The notes beneath the pieces are model-generated. The model was not told where the DNA came from, ran no database searches, and was given only the letters and a program-made list of their open reading frames with translations. Of a DNA stretch of 64,000 nt, positions 42,330 through 56,241 are shown piece by piece. This stretch comes from Octopus vulgaris. Its lineage: Eukaryota. Within the stretch, counting starts at the first letter, position 1, and every line of letters begins with the position of its first letter. Where the stretch lies: the NCBI GenBank assembly GCA_951406725.2, contig OX597823.1:40734001-40798000 (forward strand). The letters run 5' to 3'. A program made the position numbers and the translations under genes.

Positions 42330-42738
42330 TTTAAGGTATCTAATACTTTCCCGATTTCTCTGGCCGTACCAAGGAGGCAAACCTTTTGTAACAGTTCTAC
42401 TGGGCACTCTATTCCAATTTCCTTTATATTCTTCTTGATGCCTTCTCATACTTTTACCTAGGACCAAACAATAATTGGCAGTATCTTCATCTCCCTCATT
42501 CTCCATAGCCAGGCTTTTTCGTACTTAAGAGGGTTGCATTTATCTGTCTTTTCGCCATCATTCTTGACTATTCGTGGATCAAAGAGGCATGCAACATTAA
42601 CTATATAGCATATGTAGTACACCTTGTCCACCACCACTAGGCCCAGTCTGTTATGCTCTAGCGCCTGATCTATTTGGATTAGGAAATTCCAGAGGATTTT
42701 GCGAGTTACTCCATCAGTCTCTGCGGGTTGTTCTTACT
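42330..42738 (-). mobile_element. Decayed R4-clade LINE 3' fragment (third lineage)
   Basis: Minus peptide RKILWNFLIQIDQALEHNRLGLVVVDK..CYIVNVACLFDPRI..EKTDKCNPLKYE..WRMREMKILPII. (TTA)n at the 5' junction. Confidence 0.7.
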
Positions 42739-42745
42739 ATTATTA

Positions 42746-42849
<104 letters not shown>

Positions 42850-42852
42850 GGT

Positions 42853-43050
42853 GGTGGTGAGCTAGCAGAATCGTTAGCACGTCGTTCAAATGTTAAGCAG
42901 AATTTCTTCCAGCAATATGTTCTGAGTTTAGATACTGTCGAGATCAATTTCGGAGTCGATAAAATAACGTACCAGTAAAGTACTGGAGCAGGTGTAATCA
43001 ACTAACATCCCCCCTCTCTAAACTTTTTTTGTGTCAAAATTTAAACCATT
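42853..43050 (+). mobile_element. SINE family A
   Basis: ggtgagctagcagaatcgttagcacg..cggagtcgataaaataa. Confidence 0.8.
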
Positions 43051-43129
43051 GTTATTCCGTCATTTGCACAAAAATAATCTTGTTAACATTGGGTCTTTAA
43101 TTGATTTTCTATCAAGTTATGCAAACTTA

Positions 43130-43396
43130 GATAAACAATACTTTCTGCAGGATATTTGCTGTTCCTTGAAGTATTGTATTTTGCAATGTCGTGATGCTGG
43201 TACAAATTCCAATTGTGTCAAGGTGTTTCTGCATGGGTCCGTCACCAAGCCAATTGCTCCAATCACAACTGGTACCAATCCTGCTTCCATATTCCACATT
43301 CAACATTTATTCTGATGTATACATATTTCACGATTTCTTTTTTGTTTTCTCTACCATTTGATATAATGCTCTGCTGGTCAAGCTAGATCAATCAAT
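43130..43396 (-). mobile_element. Decayed R4-clade LINE 3' end
   Basis: Peptides LIDLA*PAEH, MWNMEAGLVPVVIGAIG and LQNTILQGTANILQKVL. Confidence 0.7.
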
Positions 43397-43412
43397 AATA
43401 ATAATAATAATG

Positions 43413-43471
<59 letters not shown>

Positions 43472-43605
43472 TTTTATGATTATTATTACTATTATTATTA
43501 TTATTATGACTATTATTATTATTATTATGATTATTATTACTATTATTATTATTATAACTATTATTATTATTATTATTATTATTATGATTATGACTATTAT
43601 TATTA

Positions 43606-43670
<65 letters not shown>

Positions 43671-43700
43671 TTCATTATCATCATCGTCGTCGTCGTCGTC
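43393..43700. repeat. (AAT)n / degenerate (TTA)n microsatellite
   Basis: Read directly. Confidence 0.9.
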
Positions 43701-44010
43701 GAGGAGTCGTTATATTTCAGAGAAAGCGTTGTAAAGTTTGGAATTAGTGTCGTCCTATGTATAATGATAAGCTGATATCTGCAGACTGAATATCTCTTGC
43801 ATCACTGCTCTATTGGAGCAGATAAGAGGCCAATTCTGTTGTACATTCAATGAACTTGAAATTGACAGCAATCTAACTCTTTTCACTGCGAAATGAGAAT
43901 ATTTTCACGCATAGATAAAACATTACTTGTTTAATATCATATAATAAAAGAGAGATATTCGGCTTCCAGGTTTCATCTGAGATTTCTAAAATCTTTTCAG
44001 TTATGTAATG

Positions 44011-44066
<56 letters not shown>

Positions 44067-44180
44067 TGTGTGAGTGTGTGTGCGTGTATGCATGTGTGTA
44101 TATATATATATATATATGTATGTATATATATATAAATGTGTGTGTATGAGTGTGTATGTACATATATGTATATATATGTA

Positions 44181-44230
<50 letters not shown>

Positions 44231-44810
44231 TTAATGGGGAAGGCCGGTTTATGGGATTACCGTGGGTTTCCTATCCATAAAGGGTTTAGCTTTATGGCGT
44301 GTCGTCAGACCCCAACAGCTGTTGGTCTAAGACTTCTTGGGCCAACAGGTTTAGGTCTGATGCCACGTGTGTACAATGTTTTCCACTCTTGGATCTCGCT
44401 GAAATATAACGACTCTATACAAACTCACCCAACTCAGTTTATCTCTCCTCTTCCCATTAATCTGTGGACTAGCATCATCGGTCACGTATTTTCCTACATC
44501 ACATTTAACATCATGGGCATCAACGTCTCTTTGAGTGACAGTTGTAATGGGACAATACCTATCACGTCACATATGCCCAACAGTGTCAGCGAAATTGTTC
44601 CTTTGACAGCTAAGTGTATTTTCTTCTTGGGCGGCAGCAAGAGAAGGCACTTGCATGGAAAGAATGGCTGCTAGTCTTGCAATGAAGCTTTGTCAATATA
44701 TGTATGCTAGGAAAAGGAAATTTCTAAGAGCAGAAACAGACGATTAGATATCATCGGAAGAGACCAACTCCACACACACACATGTTTATGTATGTTATGT
44801 GTGTGTGTAC

Positions 44811-44848
<38 letters not shown>

Positions 44849-45205
44849 ACATATATATAAGTATATATGTATGTTGTATGAACATTATGTGTTATCTCAA
44901 TAAATTCTGCTAATAAATTAATTTAAAACTTCATGTTCAAAAGCTAATCACAACGCATGATATGTCATAAGTTTGCTCTATTTTATGTGACACGCAGTCG
45001 TAGTAGTAGTAGTAGTAGCAGCAATAATAACAACAGAAATAATAGCACCAATAATATTAATAACAATATCGATAGTAATAATAACGATAGGTATGATTAA
45101 TTTATAATGAAAATCATAAATCTTATAAATGATTATAGGTAATATTATTACCATTGTCATTATTAACATCATCATCACCATTATTATTGTTATTATTGTA
45201 AGTCA

Positions 45206-45319
<114 letters not shown>

Positions 45320-45866
45320 TATTATTATTATTTATTATTATTATTTATTATTTATTATTATAAATGATATTAATATTATCGTTTATACAGAAATGGTATC
45401 CAAGCTTTATTATATAAAACTTGACGTCGTTTTAAAAAGAAAACAAAAATACATGGAGCCATTAACATGTTCAACAATAACACGAAGAAGAATGTAAAAT
45501 AAACGAAAACAAAGAGCAACGGCAATTTCCATTGAAATGCATTATTATGCTTTCCTGCATTATTCCTGTTCTTCGAAACGGAAGTTTCATTTTACGTGTG
45601 AACTCATTTCTTACGAACCAGCTTCATACATACGATGACCGCCATGATTACATTGTAAAGGTTCTCTCGTCAAGTTACTCTAGCATTATCAATTACATTG
45701 CTAGATTTGCATTGAAAAACGCTGGAATTAAATCTTGAAACTCGTTTGTATACGAACGAAATACATATATATCATGTATAAGGAAAATTTCAACGTCAAA
45801 CAATGTGAAATGGAATAAAATGAAACGAGATATAGAATAACAACAACAACAGGAACAAAAACAACA

Positions 45867-46352
<486 letters not shown>

Positions 46353-46846
46353 TATAGATGTGACTAGTTTCATATTGGGAAACGAACGAAGCAGAATGGT
46401 ATTTGTGAAATTCTGCATATTATAAGAAAATCTGTTGTGCTGTTCTGTGCTTGCGTTTAAAGAATCGCTTGAAAGTCAGATAGATTCTGTGAACTGGATT
46501 ACGTTATCAGAAAGCAGTCACTCTTCCCCTACACCTACCGTAACTCATGCACATGCATCCTGACAAGTGAGCCTCTGCATTCACGAATATATCCCAGTAG
46601 AGCCAACACACACACACACGCATGCACACACGCATGTACACTCGCATACAGGCAAACACGCATGTACGCATACACACACACAAACACACACACATGGACG
46701 CACACAGTGGCACTTCGAAGAAAGATCCAGTTTTGAAGGAATTGATTCTGCAGCCTTGCAAAATACGTATTAGTAATTTTTACATTTCTTGTGTGTGTGT
46801 GTGTGTGTTTGCCTGTGTGTTTGCGTGTGTGTATGTTGCATATTCG

Positions 46847-47003
46847 ACTGGATGTGACGCGATTTATTCACATATAGCTACATGTATTCCTATATTACGA
46901 ATGTAGGTATTCTTGTGTAGAAATTTATTCAAAGACATCACCGAATTAATCATTCATTGCGAACTGCACAATAGGAACCCGCTTCTGCATAAAGACACAT
47001 ACA

Positions 47004-47007
<4 letters not shown>
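46847..47007 (+). repeat. Direct repeat copy 1 (about 160 bp; copy 2 at 48542-48708)
   Basis: tgtgacgcgatttattcacatatagc..ctgcataaagacacat is near-identical in both copies. Confidence 0.9.
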
Positions 47008-47069
<62 letters not shown>

Positions 47070-47380
47070 TACACACGCACATGCACACTCACAGAGGTAG
47101 ATTTATCCATGCGTGTAGCGTACAGCTTCAGTAAAGCACACACTCTGAGACTAGCATAAATAATACTAACACACACACGTATAATATAATGTAAGACTAT
47201 CTAAAGTGTATACAAGTATATATACAGTACAAATACTGTTCTCTAGAGCTCAATAAATTGGGAAGAGTGGATAAATATATTTATAATATCAAATGTTGAG
47301 AGGCTGCTTTGAATTTCTTCCTGTGTTGTTCCTGGCAGACATGAACAGCCTAGAGCAAAATTCAGAGGAGGATTTTAACT

Positions 47381-47457
<77 letters not shown>

Positions 47458-47969
47458 TATGTATATATGGTATGATTTGCGGAAGGTATTTACGACTTAT
47501 TTCTAGCAGGTTGAAACTTTTTGCATTTGATCCTTGGTAGCTCATAGATTGAATATTTTTAACACTCATCTTTGAAACTGATGAAGAGCAAAGAATATTC
47601 AAGAATAATGTTTCAATACTTTGTTGTTTACAGCTTTATCGTTCTTTCAGCCTCTATAAAATATCTTGATTAGTCTTTGGAAATATTTTATCAAATAAAA
47701 GTTATTAAACACATTTAAGAAAGGACTATTTATTCTCAGGCCCCGTTCGTCCTTTTATACACACATATACATCTTCGCGTGTGAGTGCACAGACACACAC
47801 ACACACAAACGCACACACTCTCACACATACACACACACACACATATACACATAAGCTCACATACGTTTCTATGAGTGCATGTATGTATGTACAGACACGT
47901 GTAGAATGTAGGTATTATACATGTGTTTGTGTGTGCGTATGTACGGATGTAAATGTGTGAGCGTGCATA

Positions 47970-48258
47970 TTCTTTCTTTCACTTGTTTCAATCATTTGAC
48001 TGCGGCCATTATGGGCCACCGCCTTGCAAGGCTATATATATATATATAGCCATTCATTTTCCGTCTACCAAATCCACTCACAAGGTTTTGGTCGACCCGA
48101 GACTATAGCAAGAGACGCTGCGTCAGGCAATGGGACTGAACTGGGAACCATGTGGTCGGGAAGTAGGTTTCTTATACATGTGTTTGTGTGTGTGTATGAT
48201 ATGTCCCAGTGACGATATTGTCCGAACCCCCGTCGCCACTGATATGTCCCATGATGAC

Positions 48259-48303
<45 letters not shown>

Positions 48304-48515
48304 TGTGTGTTTGTTCGTCTGTGTTTATCCCCTCATCATCGCTTGACAACCAATATTGGTGTGTTTATGACCCCGTAAGTTAGCGGTTTGGAAAAAGAGG
48401 CTTATACAATAACAACTAACCTTACAATGAATAAGTCCTTGATTTGCTTGACTAGAAGCGGTGCTCCAGCTTGGCAGCAGTTAAATGACTTGAACAAGTA
48501 AAAGAATAAAAGAAC
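47970..48515. mobile_element. SINE family D pieces in opposite orientation (about 47970-48175 on -, 48290-48515 on +)
   Basis: acttgtttcaatcatttgactgcggcca..ccgtctaccaaatccactcacaagg, and ccccgtaagttagcggtt..gcggtgctccagc..aacaagtaaaaga. Confidence 0.8.
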
Positions 48516-48541
48516 ACATACACACACACAAACATATATGT

Positions 48542-48708
48542 GACTGGGTGTGTGTGACGCGATTTATTCACATATAGCTTACATGTATTCATATATTACG
48601 AATGTAAGTATTCTTGTGTAGAAATTTATGCAAAGACATTACCGAATTAATCATTCATTGCAAACTGCACAATAGGAACCCGTTTCTGCATAAAGACACA
48701 TGCAGACA
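48542..48708 (+). repeat. Direct repeat copy 2
   Basis: See 46847-47007. Confidence 0.9.
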
Positions 48709-49227
48709 AGAAAAATTGACACCATTTGAAATGTGAATATCTGAATAATCACATGTCCTACGCAAACGAAATTAAGTACTCTGCATGTTGAGCAATAAAA
48801 TTTTATCTATCAAAATTCGGACAAGAGATTCAGAGGGATGAAGATTATATAACCGATTTCACAATGCTTCATGTATTTTCAATATGCGCACCGCCTGTTA
48901 CCCAACACACGTCAAGTCGGTAGTCCAGCCTCTGTCAAACAAACTGTAGCATGTCTTGCACCACAGTGATTCTCTGCTTGAGTTCTTCTAGGCTTGTAGG
49001 AAGAAGGGGGATATAGACCAGCCCTTTTACATAGCCCTATAGAAAAAAAAAATACAAGATTTCAAGCTAGGTGAACGTGGTTGCCATTTCAACAACACGT
49101 TGTCATTATCACTGGCATGTCCTATTCAAACTTGCTTTTTACACATTTTGTTAAAATTTGAGATTTGAACGAGAATTTGCTATGCTATTAGACTCCGGAA
49201 TGATGTCAATTTTATTGGGACACCTTA
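48709..49227 (-). mobile_element. Internally deleted Tc1/mariner-superfamily transposon
   Basis: Minus peptide KWQPRSPSLKSCIFF..GYVKGLVYIPLLPTSLEELKQRIT..DMLQFV*QRLDYRLDVCWVTGGAHIE. TIR remnants aaaattgacaccatt (48712) and aatgatgtcaattttattgggacacct-TA. Confidence 0.8.
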
Positions 49228-50028
49228 TATATATATATGTATATATTTGCACGTACACACGCCCTCACATGTATATTACTGCAGGGTATATATCTGTAAA
49301 CTAATTTGAATTCATTGAAAAGAATATATAGAATTACTCTAAATAAAGTTAGAAGGAAAAAAAAGAGAAAAGGTGAAACAGGTTAGATTTATCTTTATTG
49401 TTAAATATTTGTTGTTTTCATGAAAAAAAAAAATTTTGACGCGTTTTCAATTTATTTAAAGGTTTGTGAAAGTAGCTTCAGCACCGACTTCAACCATTAT
49501 AAAAACAACACAAGCAAAATTATCGACAACATTAATAATAACATCTACAAAACTATAAAATAAATGGAAAAAGACATTACACCCCCCCCACCGCCAAACA
49601 AAAAAAACATAACGAAACAGTCGTAGTAACAAAAAAACTCACTAACATTATTACGACGATGACGACAACGCCAATAACCACCACCGCGACAACCGCCGCC
49701 GTCACTAACACTACAATCGCCCCCATCGTGAATTATATCATTATTACTCACCGCTTCATTTTTGGCTCCTACCATTACAATCCTCGCCACTAACCAGCAA
49801 ACAATAATACCGCAATAAAATTAAATCAGTAAATGATCCGATTCCAATAGTGAAGATGTAGTCTTAAAGTTTGTCTGGTAATAAGATTTGGTATATTGAC
49901 GTATATAGAAACCTATAGAAACTTATTCTATAAACGGACTAAAGTAGATATCCCATGGTATTACTACAGCTTTATCGGAGTATTGAATAATTAAATATTA
50001 CAATTCGCACATTGCACATCCTCCTCTT

Positions 50029-50114
<86 letters not shown>

Positions 50115-50899
50115 CATACATACATAAAAGCAGTGAAGTTAAAAAATATATCGCCACTTACATACATACAAGCAACTTTACATAAATATGAAACCCCCTT
50201 CATGTTTCCCTCCAGACAGCTAAAACCATTAAACACGCACCTCGTGCATACAAACGCAAACACATACACACACGCAAACACACACACATAGACATACACA
50301 CACACATACACAGAAACACACGCGAACACACACACGCACATAGATCCTCGCGCGCACGCACACACACACACATACCAATATCTACTGCCTTCAGGCTGAT
50401 TTCTATTCCAAACAATAATATTCTGATACAAACAGACAAATATCTTGCGCTTTCCAGCGTGTTTTTGTGTTTGGGTGCAGTTTTCAAACAATTAGCAATG
50501 GAAATAAATAAATACCAGTTTTTCCTAATCATAAACGGGGAAATTTTGGACCATTAGTTATTACATAGAAGACATTCGAGTGCCAATCCGTTTCCTTCGT
50601 TAAAATTTATTGTCATCTAGATAATGAAAGCATAGCAGCCTCATTACTTACTTCTTGAAGAATTTGGTGTTTAATTCGAATACAAGAGAAGAACAATTTA
50701 TGCCAATCATTTACTCAGTAATTCAGTCCTTCCGTTTGTTGATTAGGCACAAATCCGCCCAGAGTAATGTTATCTGATCAAGGATGTTCCACCAGTTATC
50801 ACCATCACATGTTTTAAGCACGGTGTATCTAGTATTACATTATATGATGTAGTATTTTCCCAAAGTTTTCGTTAAAGAAGGCAGTAGCATATGATTTGT

Positions 50900-50995
50900 C
50901 AGAGTTCAAATTCCATCCAGGCCGACTTTACTCTTCATCCTTTTCGGGGTCTTTAAAGCAAATATCTATTGAGCAGATTGCTGACCTTGCGCAAA
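50900..50995 (+). mobile_element. SINE family A fragment
   Basis: gagttcaaattccatccaggccgactttactcttcatccttttcggggtc. Confidence 0.7.
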
Positions 50996-51335
50996 AATTG
51001 CGCGACATAGTGATCTCATATCAAGATTAACAACGCATGACCTTGCGGGTGGAGCCCAGTTAGAATTTTCTTCAGGTTGGGTAGCCCATCCCGCTCAAAA
51101 GATCCCTAAATAAAGGTTGTTTAAGGATGTTGAACGAAACACCCATGTTTCCAAAGGTGAATTATCCAAACTCTAAAGAATTCCTCTCAACACATGGCTT
51201 TGATGCTCCCCCACTACTTCTGCTCGTGATCAGAGATGCACAAATCGTCAGCCACTAAGGGATATGCTCAACTGGTTAAGATCAAACAACTGACAAGCAA
51301 ATTTGTGTTATTAAGCAGAATATTTGCTGTAGCCT

Positions 51336-51406
<71 letters not shown>

Positions 51407-51423
51407 TAATAATAATAATAATA

Positions 51424-51462
<39 letters not shown>
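51336..51462. repeat. (AAT)n then (TTA)n quasi-palindromic microsatellite
   Basis: Polarity switch at about 51424; forms the 3' flank of the R4 element. Confidence 0.9.
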
Positions 51463-51463
<1 letters not shown>

Positions 51464-53101
51464 TATGTTTGACTTTTGCTTTATATTTGTACAAGTTGGC
51501 TCCAAGTCTCACCCAGAGACCTCAAGAGACAACAGGGTTGGAAGTTCATGTTGTTGTTATGCCTAGTGTGCCATATATTTGGGGGGTGGGGATGTTGTAC
51601 TAATGAATGTCTAAAAAGAAAAAAAAAGGTTTTTTTTTTAAACCGAAAATTATGTTTGTTTTAAACCTTGAGATTACATAGAGAGTATTTTGCGTAGGAT
51701 ATGAGCAGTTCCCATGAGCACTATCTTTTGAACTTCTGCCATTTTTGGGTTTCCTGGTATCTGAGTTAGGTAGCTATCAGCCCCTTTTGCTATCATTCCC
51801 AGGGCACCTATGACAACAGGTATTGTTTTAGTCTTCAGCTTCCACATTTTGCTGATTTCTATTTCAAGATCTTTATATTTGCTCAGTTTTTGGTAGGTCT
51901 TGACAGATACGTTTATATCGATTGGGACAGTCATATCAATGAGGAGGCATGTTCTTTGTTTGAAGTTTTTCAATATGATGTCTGGCCTATTTGCATCTAT
52001 CTTCCTGTCAGTTTGAATGGTGAAGTTCCAGAGGAGTGAGATGTGGTCATTTTCAAGCACTGGGGGTGGTTTGTGTTCCCACCAGTTTTTTTCATGGGGC
52101 AAATCCAGGTTTTTACAGATTACCCAGTGAATATATTGTGCAGCTCTATCGTGCCTGTTGAGATACTCTGTAGGCGCTAGAAGACTGCACTTGGAGACCA
52201 CATGGTCAATGGTTTCATTTTGTTGCTTGCATACACGACACGTTGGACTGCTTCTGATCTTTAATATGTTGGCCTGGTAGTTTCTTGTTGGTAGGCATTG
52301 ATCTTGAGCTGCTATGATAAACCCCTCTGTTTCAGATTTTAAGCCAGAGGCCATTAGCCATTGATGGGTCAGGGCTTTGTCGATATCTGCATTATTCGCT
52401 CTCTTTGGGTATTTGCCATAGAGAGGTTTTTCTTGCCATTTATTATTCAGAATATCTAAGGCCGCAGTTTTGGCACGGGTTTTCATGCGCCTAGCTTTTT
52501 CTGTGCTTGTTTCTTGTATATCTATCTCTAATTCCGAAATTGGTTGTATTCGGAATTCACTTAGATATTCCTTTGCCTGTTTTGTGACTGAGTATGATGC
52601 TTTCTTGTTTTCATGTTTTGAGACAAGTTTTAGCATCCAGTCCTCAGAGTTTTTCAGGTAGGTGTCTAGGCCAATTGTAGCAATCTTCATTGTTATTGCC
52701 AGTTGCAAAAGACCACGGCCTCCTCTTTTCTTGGCAGATAGAGTCGTTCTGTATCTGCCTTAGGGTGGTGCATTCTATGCATTGTCAACAGTTTCCTTAT
52801 TTTTCTGTCGAGCTGACATATTTCAGTAATTGACCAGTTAACAATATTGAAACTGTAAGTCACGACTGGTATAGCTAATGCATTGATTGCTTCGATCCTT
52901 TTTCTTGCATTCAGCTCTGTCTTGAGTATTGCTCTCACTCTTCGATAGCATTCTCTCCTGATCCTTTCCTTCACTGTCACTGTTCAGAGTTAGTGTGGTT
53001 CTCCATGATCTCATACTTACAGTCAAGAAGTTTCAGAGTTGGTGCTATCTTATACATTTCAAGGCATTTCCTAATCCAGCTATGTGGTAGGCTATCAAAG
53101 C

Positions 53102-53103
<2 letters not shown>
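51463..53103 (-). mobile_element. R4/Dong-clade LINE, 5'-truncated with an internal RT deletion, in (TAA)n
   Basis: KAFDSLPHSWI (RT); RRVRAILKTELNA..INALAIPV..HHPKADTERLYLPR (thumb); CRVC..ETIDHVVSKC, RHD, RPDII..LIDM..KLSKYKDL (endonuclease). (TTA)n on + at both ends. Confidence 0.92.
51674..52980 (-). pseudogene. R4-clade ORF C-terminal portion with one frameshift near 52720
   Basis: ORFs 52693..52980 and 51674..52708 join into one thumb, zinc-knuckle and endonuclease protein. Confidence 0.85.
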
Positions 53104-53167
<64 letters not shown>

Positions 53168-53251
53168 GTTGTTGTTGTTGTTGCTGTTATTATTATTATT
53201 ATTATTATTATTATCATTATTATTATTATTATTATTATTTATTATTATTAT
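53103..53251. repeat. (TTA)n/(TTG)n microsatellite
   Basis: Read directly. Confidence 0.95.
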
Positions 53252-53269
53252 TTTGTGGTGGTTCAGCGG

Positions 53270-53660
53270 TCCTTAGAGCGTCGAACAAAATACCGAACTG
53301 AATATTAGTTATGGGTAATTTACGTTCTAAATTCAAATTTCCGTAGAGGAAAATTTTGCCTTTCGTCCTTTCTAGATCCATAAAATACAATACTAGCCAA
53401 ATACAAGGATCAATGTATCCGACAAACAACAGACCCGCCAAAATCACTGGCCATGTGCTTAAAAGATAAGTTTATCATCAACGGAAATAGTTTGATGGAA
53501 TTTGCTCCCCCTTTTATATTCTGAGTTCAAATCTTGCTAGTGTCAATTTCGACATTTAATCTTACTGACCTTATAAAATAAAATACCAATAATCTGGGAT
53601 TTACAGTATAAGCTGATCACCCCTCAACTTCTGGTGCCGTGCCTATGTTAGAACCCGTTG
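53270..53660 (+). mobile_element. Two degenerate SINE family A copies
   Basis: ttctaaattcaaatttccgtagagg..ttttgcctttcgtccttt, and ttctgagttcaaatc..ataaaataaaataccaa..gtgcctatgttagaa. Confidence 0.6.
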
Positions 53661-54117
53661 TTGCAATGGATATTATTTTTGGTATTCGCTAATATATGTT
53701 AACGTATGTTATTGATTTATTGGTAACGGTATTTACAGATTTGATTCAAAGAATGTTCTCAATTTTACATTAGGAATTGTGAAGTTATGCACAACACATC
53801 TGTCTTTGTTTATCGTTGATTCATTTATCACGGATTTGGGTAACGCAGTAGGCTCAAATCAAAGATAATGCTTGAATCGTAGAAGCATGCCCCAGAGACC
53901 GTCCACAATACTCAGGATAATTTGGGGTTTCAGAACGTATTTTCCCCATATGTGCCATGGTTCATCTATTACTGACTCTTTAATATAGTCTCTTTGGAAT
54001 CAAACGCTCGTGATAAACGAGGATAGGTGCATTATCTATAAAGAAAAACATGTCCTCAACATTTTTCTTTTCAGTTGGTCGGCAGAAGAAAGGTAGCTGT
54101 AAAATCCGTTGGTAGAG

Positions 54118-54352
54118 AGGAGAGTTGGCAGAAACGTTAGCATGCCGGGCGAAATGCTTAGCAGTATTTCGTCTACCTCTACGTTCTGAGTTCAAATTCC
54201 GCCGAGGTCGACTTTGCCTTTCATCCTTTCGGGGTCGATTAAATAAGTACCAGTTACGCACTGGGGTCGGTATAATCGACCTAAACCGTTTTGTTTGTCC
54301 TTGTTTGTCTTCTCTGTGTTTAGCCCCCTGTGGGTAGTAAAGAAATAGGTAT
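54118..54352 (+). mobile_element. Well-preserved SINE family A subfamily with a different 3' tail
   Basis: TGGCAGAAACG A box, GAGTTCAAATTCC B box, family body, then ccgttttgtttgtccttg..gtgggtagtaaagaaataggtatt. Confidence 0.9.
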
Positions 54353-54740
54353 TTACTTCTGATTAGTGGGGTGGACACAATTGATATTCAGCTTGAATTT
54401 ATGCTGCTTCATGTCTGTGGAGAAACAGATATAATCCCAAGGTTACAGTAGTACTGAGGAGGAAAGTGGACTGCAGAGGATTGGCTGATGGTACGTTTAG
54501 AAAAAGACCATAAGACAAAGAGTAGGTTCATAAGCTAAACCAGAGAAAGGATACTTAATAATGTGTAAATATCATTTCGGAATAAATCTAAAATCAATCT
54601 TCGTTTTAAGACTATATCGAGATAAACATAATGTAGCAGATCAGATGGAATTAATTATATTTATTGAAAAAAACCTAAAGTTTCACTATTACAATTTTGC
54701 TACTATTCTACATACAAATATGTCAGTTATATTGATTTTA

Positions 54741-54945
54741 AAGGTGACGGGCTGGCAGACACGTTTGCGTGTCAGATAAAATTCTTATCGGCATTTTCTT
54801 CGGTTCATTACATTCTGAGTTCATATAAAGTAAACGTTTGCCTTTCGCACGTTTGGGGCTGATAAAATAAAGTAAGTGTCAGTTACTGGAGTTAATATAA
54901 ACGACTAACTCTCTTCTCGTCGAATTGCTGTCCTTATACTAATTT
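54741..54945 (+). mobile_element. Degenerate SINE family A
   Basis: ggtgacgggctggcaga..ttctgagttca..gataaaataaagta..aattgctgtcctt. Confidence 0.7.
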
Positions 54946-55817
54946 TTTTAATAATTATATTCATTTTAAGTTTAACAATAACTCAGAGCACCCGTTGTCC
55001 TTTTACAAACGCTGTACCTAACGTTGCGAGTCGTTTGCTCCTACACAGTTTTATTCGTAATCAATTGATTTTCTGAGACTCAAAATCAATCAAGTGTGCC
55101 AGCTGTCCTAAAATAATAGATTGTACCATACACGATATGGGACATTGTATGCTTAACCTGCCTCATTCTGTTGTCAATCAAAAGGATTGCTACATTCAGT
55201 AAATACACAGGCATGAAGAAAATCTATAGCTGCAATGTATCACGATAGTCAAATACTGGATCACATGTTCACACTAAATTGAATTTTAACCCCAAACGTT
55301 CTTTACAGAAAAACTAAATAGGTTCACATCACAGTGATAGATTACATTTTACAAGTGTTATCTTAAATCTATTTGTTAATTCATTCCGCCTAAGATTCCA
55401 AGCTAAATTAGTTAGCACTAATGACCCGTAGCTGCTATTGCGGCTAGCGATTTTGTGTATATTAGATGTGTTATATAATGACTTAAAAGTTAAAATGGTT
55501 ATTTGTAGATGTCATTAAATAAGTTAGTACAAGTTGTGTAATTAGAAACATTTAAATTATAGAACATGGAGAAAGAGAAAGAGGAGGAGAGGGAAAGAAT
55601 GTGAGAAAGTGAGAGTTAAACGAAGCATCTAAAATAATATTTGCAAATGATGCTGATTGATGTGGAGTTGGGCGCGTTAATTGATTGACAGCAGATATAA
55701 AGTAGGTTACACCTTGGAGTCAACACCAATTGCCGCCAGTGGCTGTGTGTGTGCGCGCGCGCACGTACGTGTGTGTATCTGTGTGTATATATATGTATAA
55801 TAATATATGTATATATT

Positions 55818-55852
<35 letters not shown>

Positions 55853-56169
55853 ATAGTAATAATAAACAACAACATAATAACTTTAGATTGAAAGCCCAGA
55901 CCTGTCAATCCAACAGCTTAGGACGTGTTTGCTTAAACAATTAAAATCTATTTTTAATAAACAATATCATCAAAGTCATCACATGCTGTACGTGTTGTGT
56001 CTGTCTGTGTGTCGAGCACAAATTCCACTGCTGCTTAAGGTGGTACAGTGCTTAGTTGTAATTTCTTTATTTTAAAATAACAAGTATTGTTTATTACCAA
56101 CAGTCAACTGGTACTTTTCCGCATGAGTGTATACACACACTCACACTCACACACAGACACACACAATCT

Positions 56170-56241
<72 letters not shown>

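Noticed and set aside
43960-44005. CTGAAAA..GAAAC motif on the minus strand (similar weak case at 49435-49485)
   Set aside because: No valid cleavage triplet with a paired stem I; too degenerate to call.
51000-51335. Segment that looks like a familiar interspersed repeat
   Set aside because: Single copy in this window with no hallmark that I can show from the sequence.
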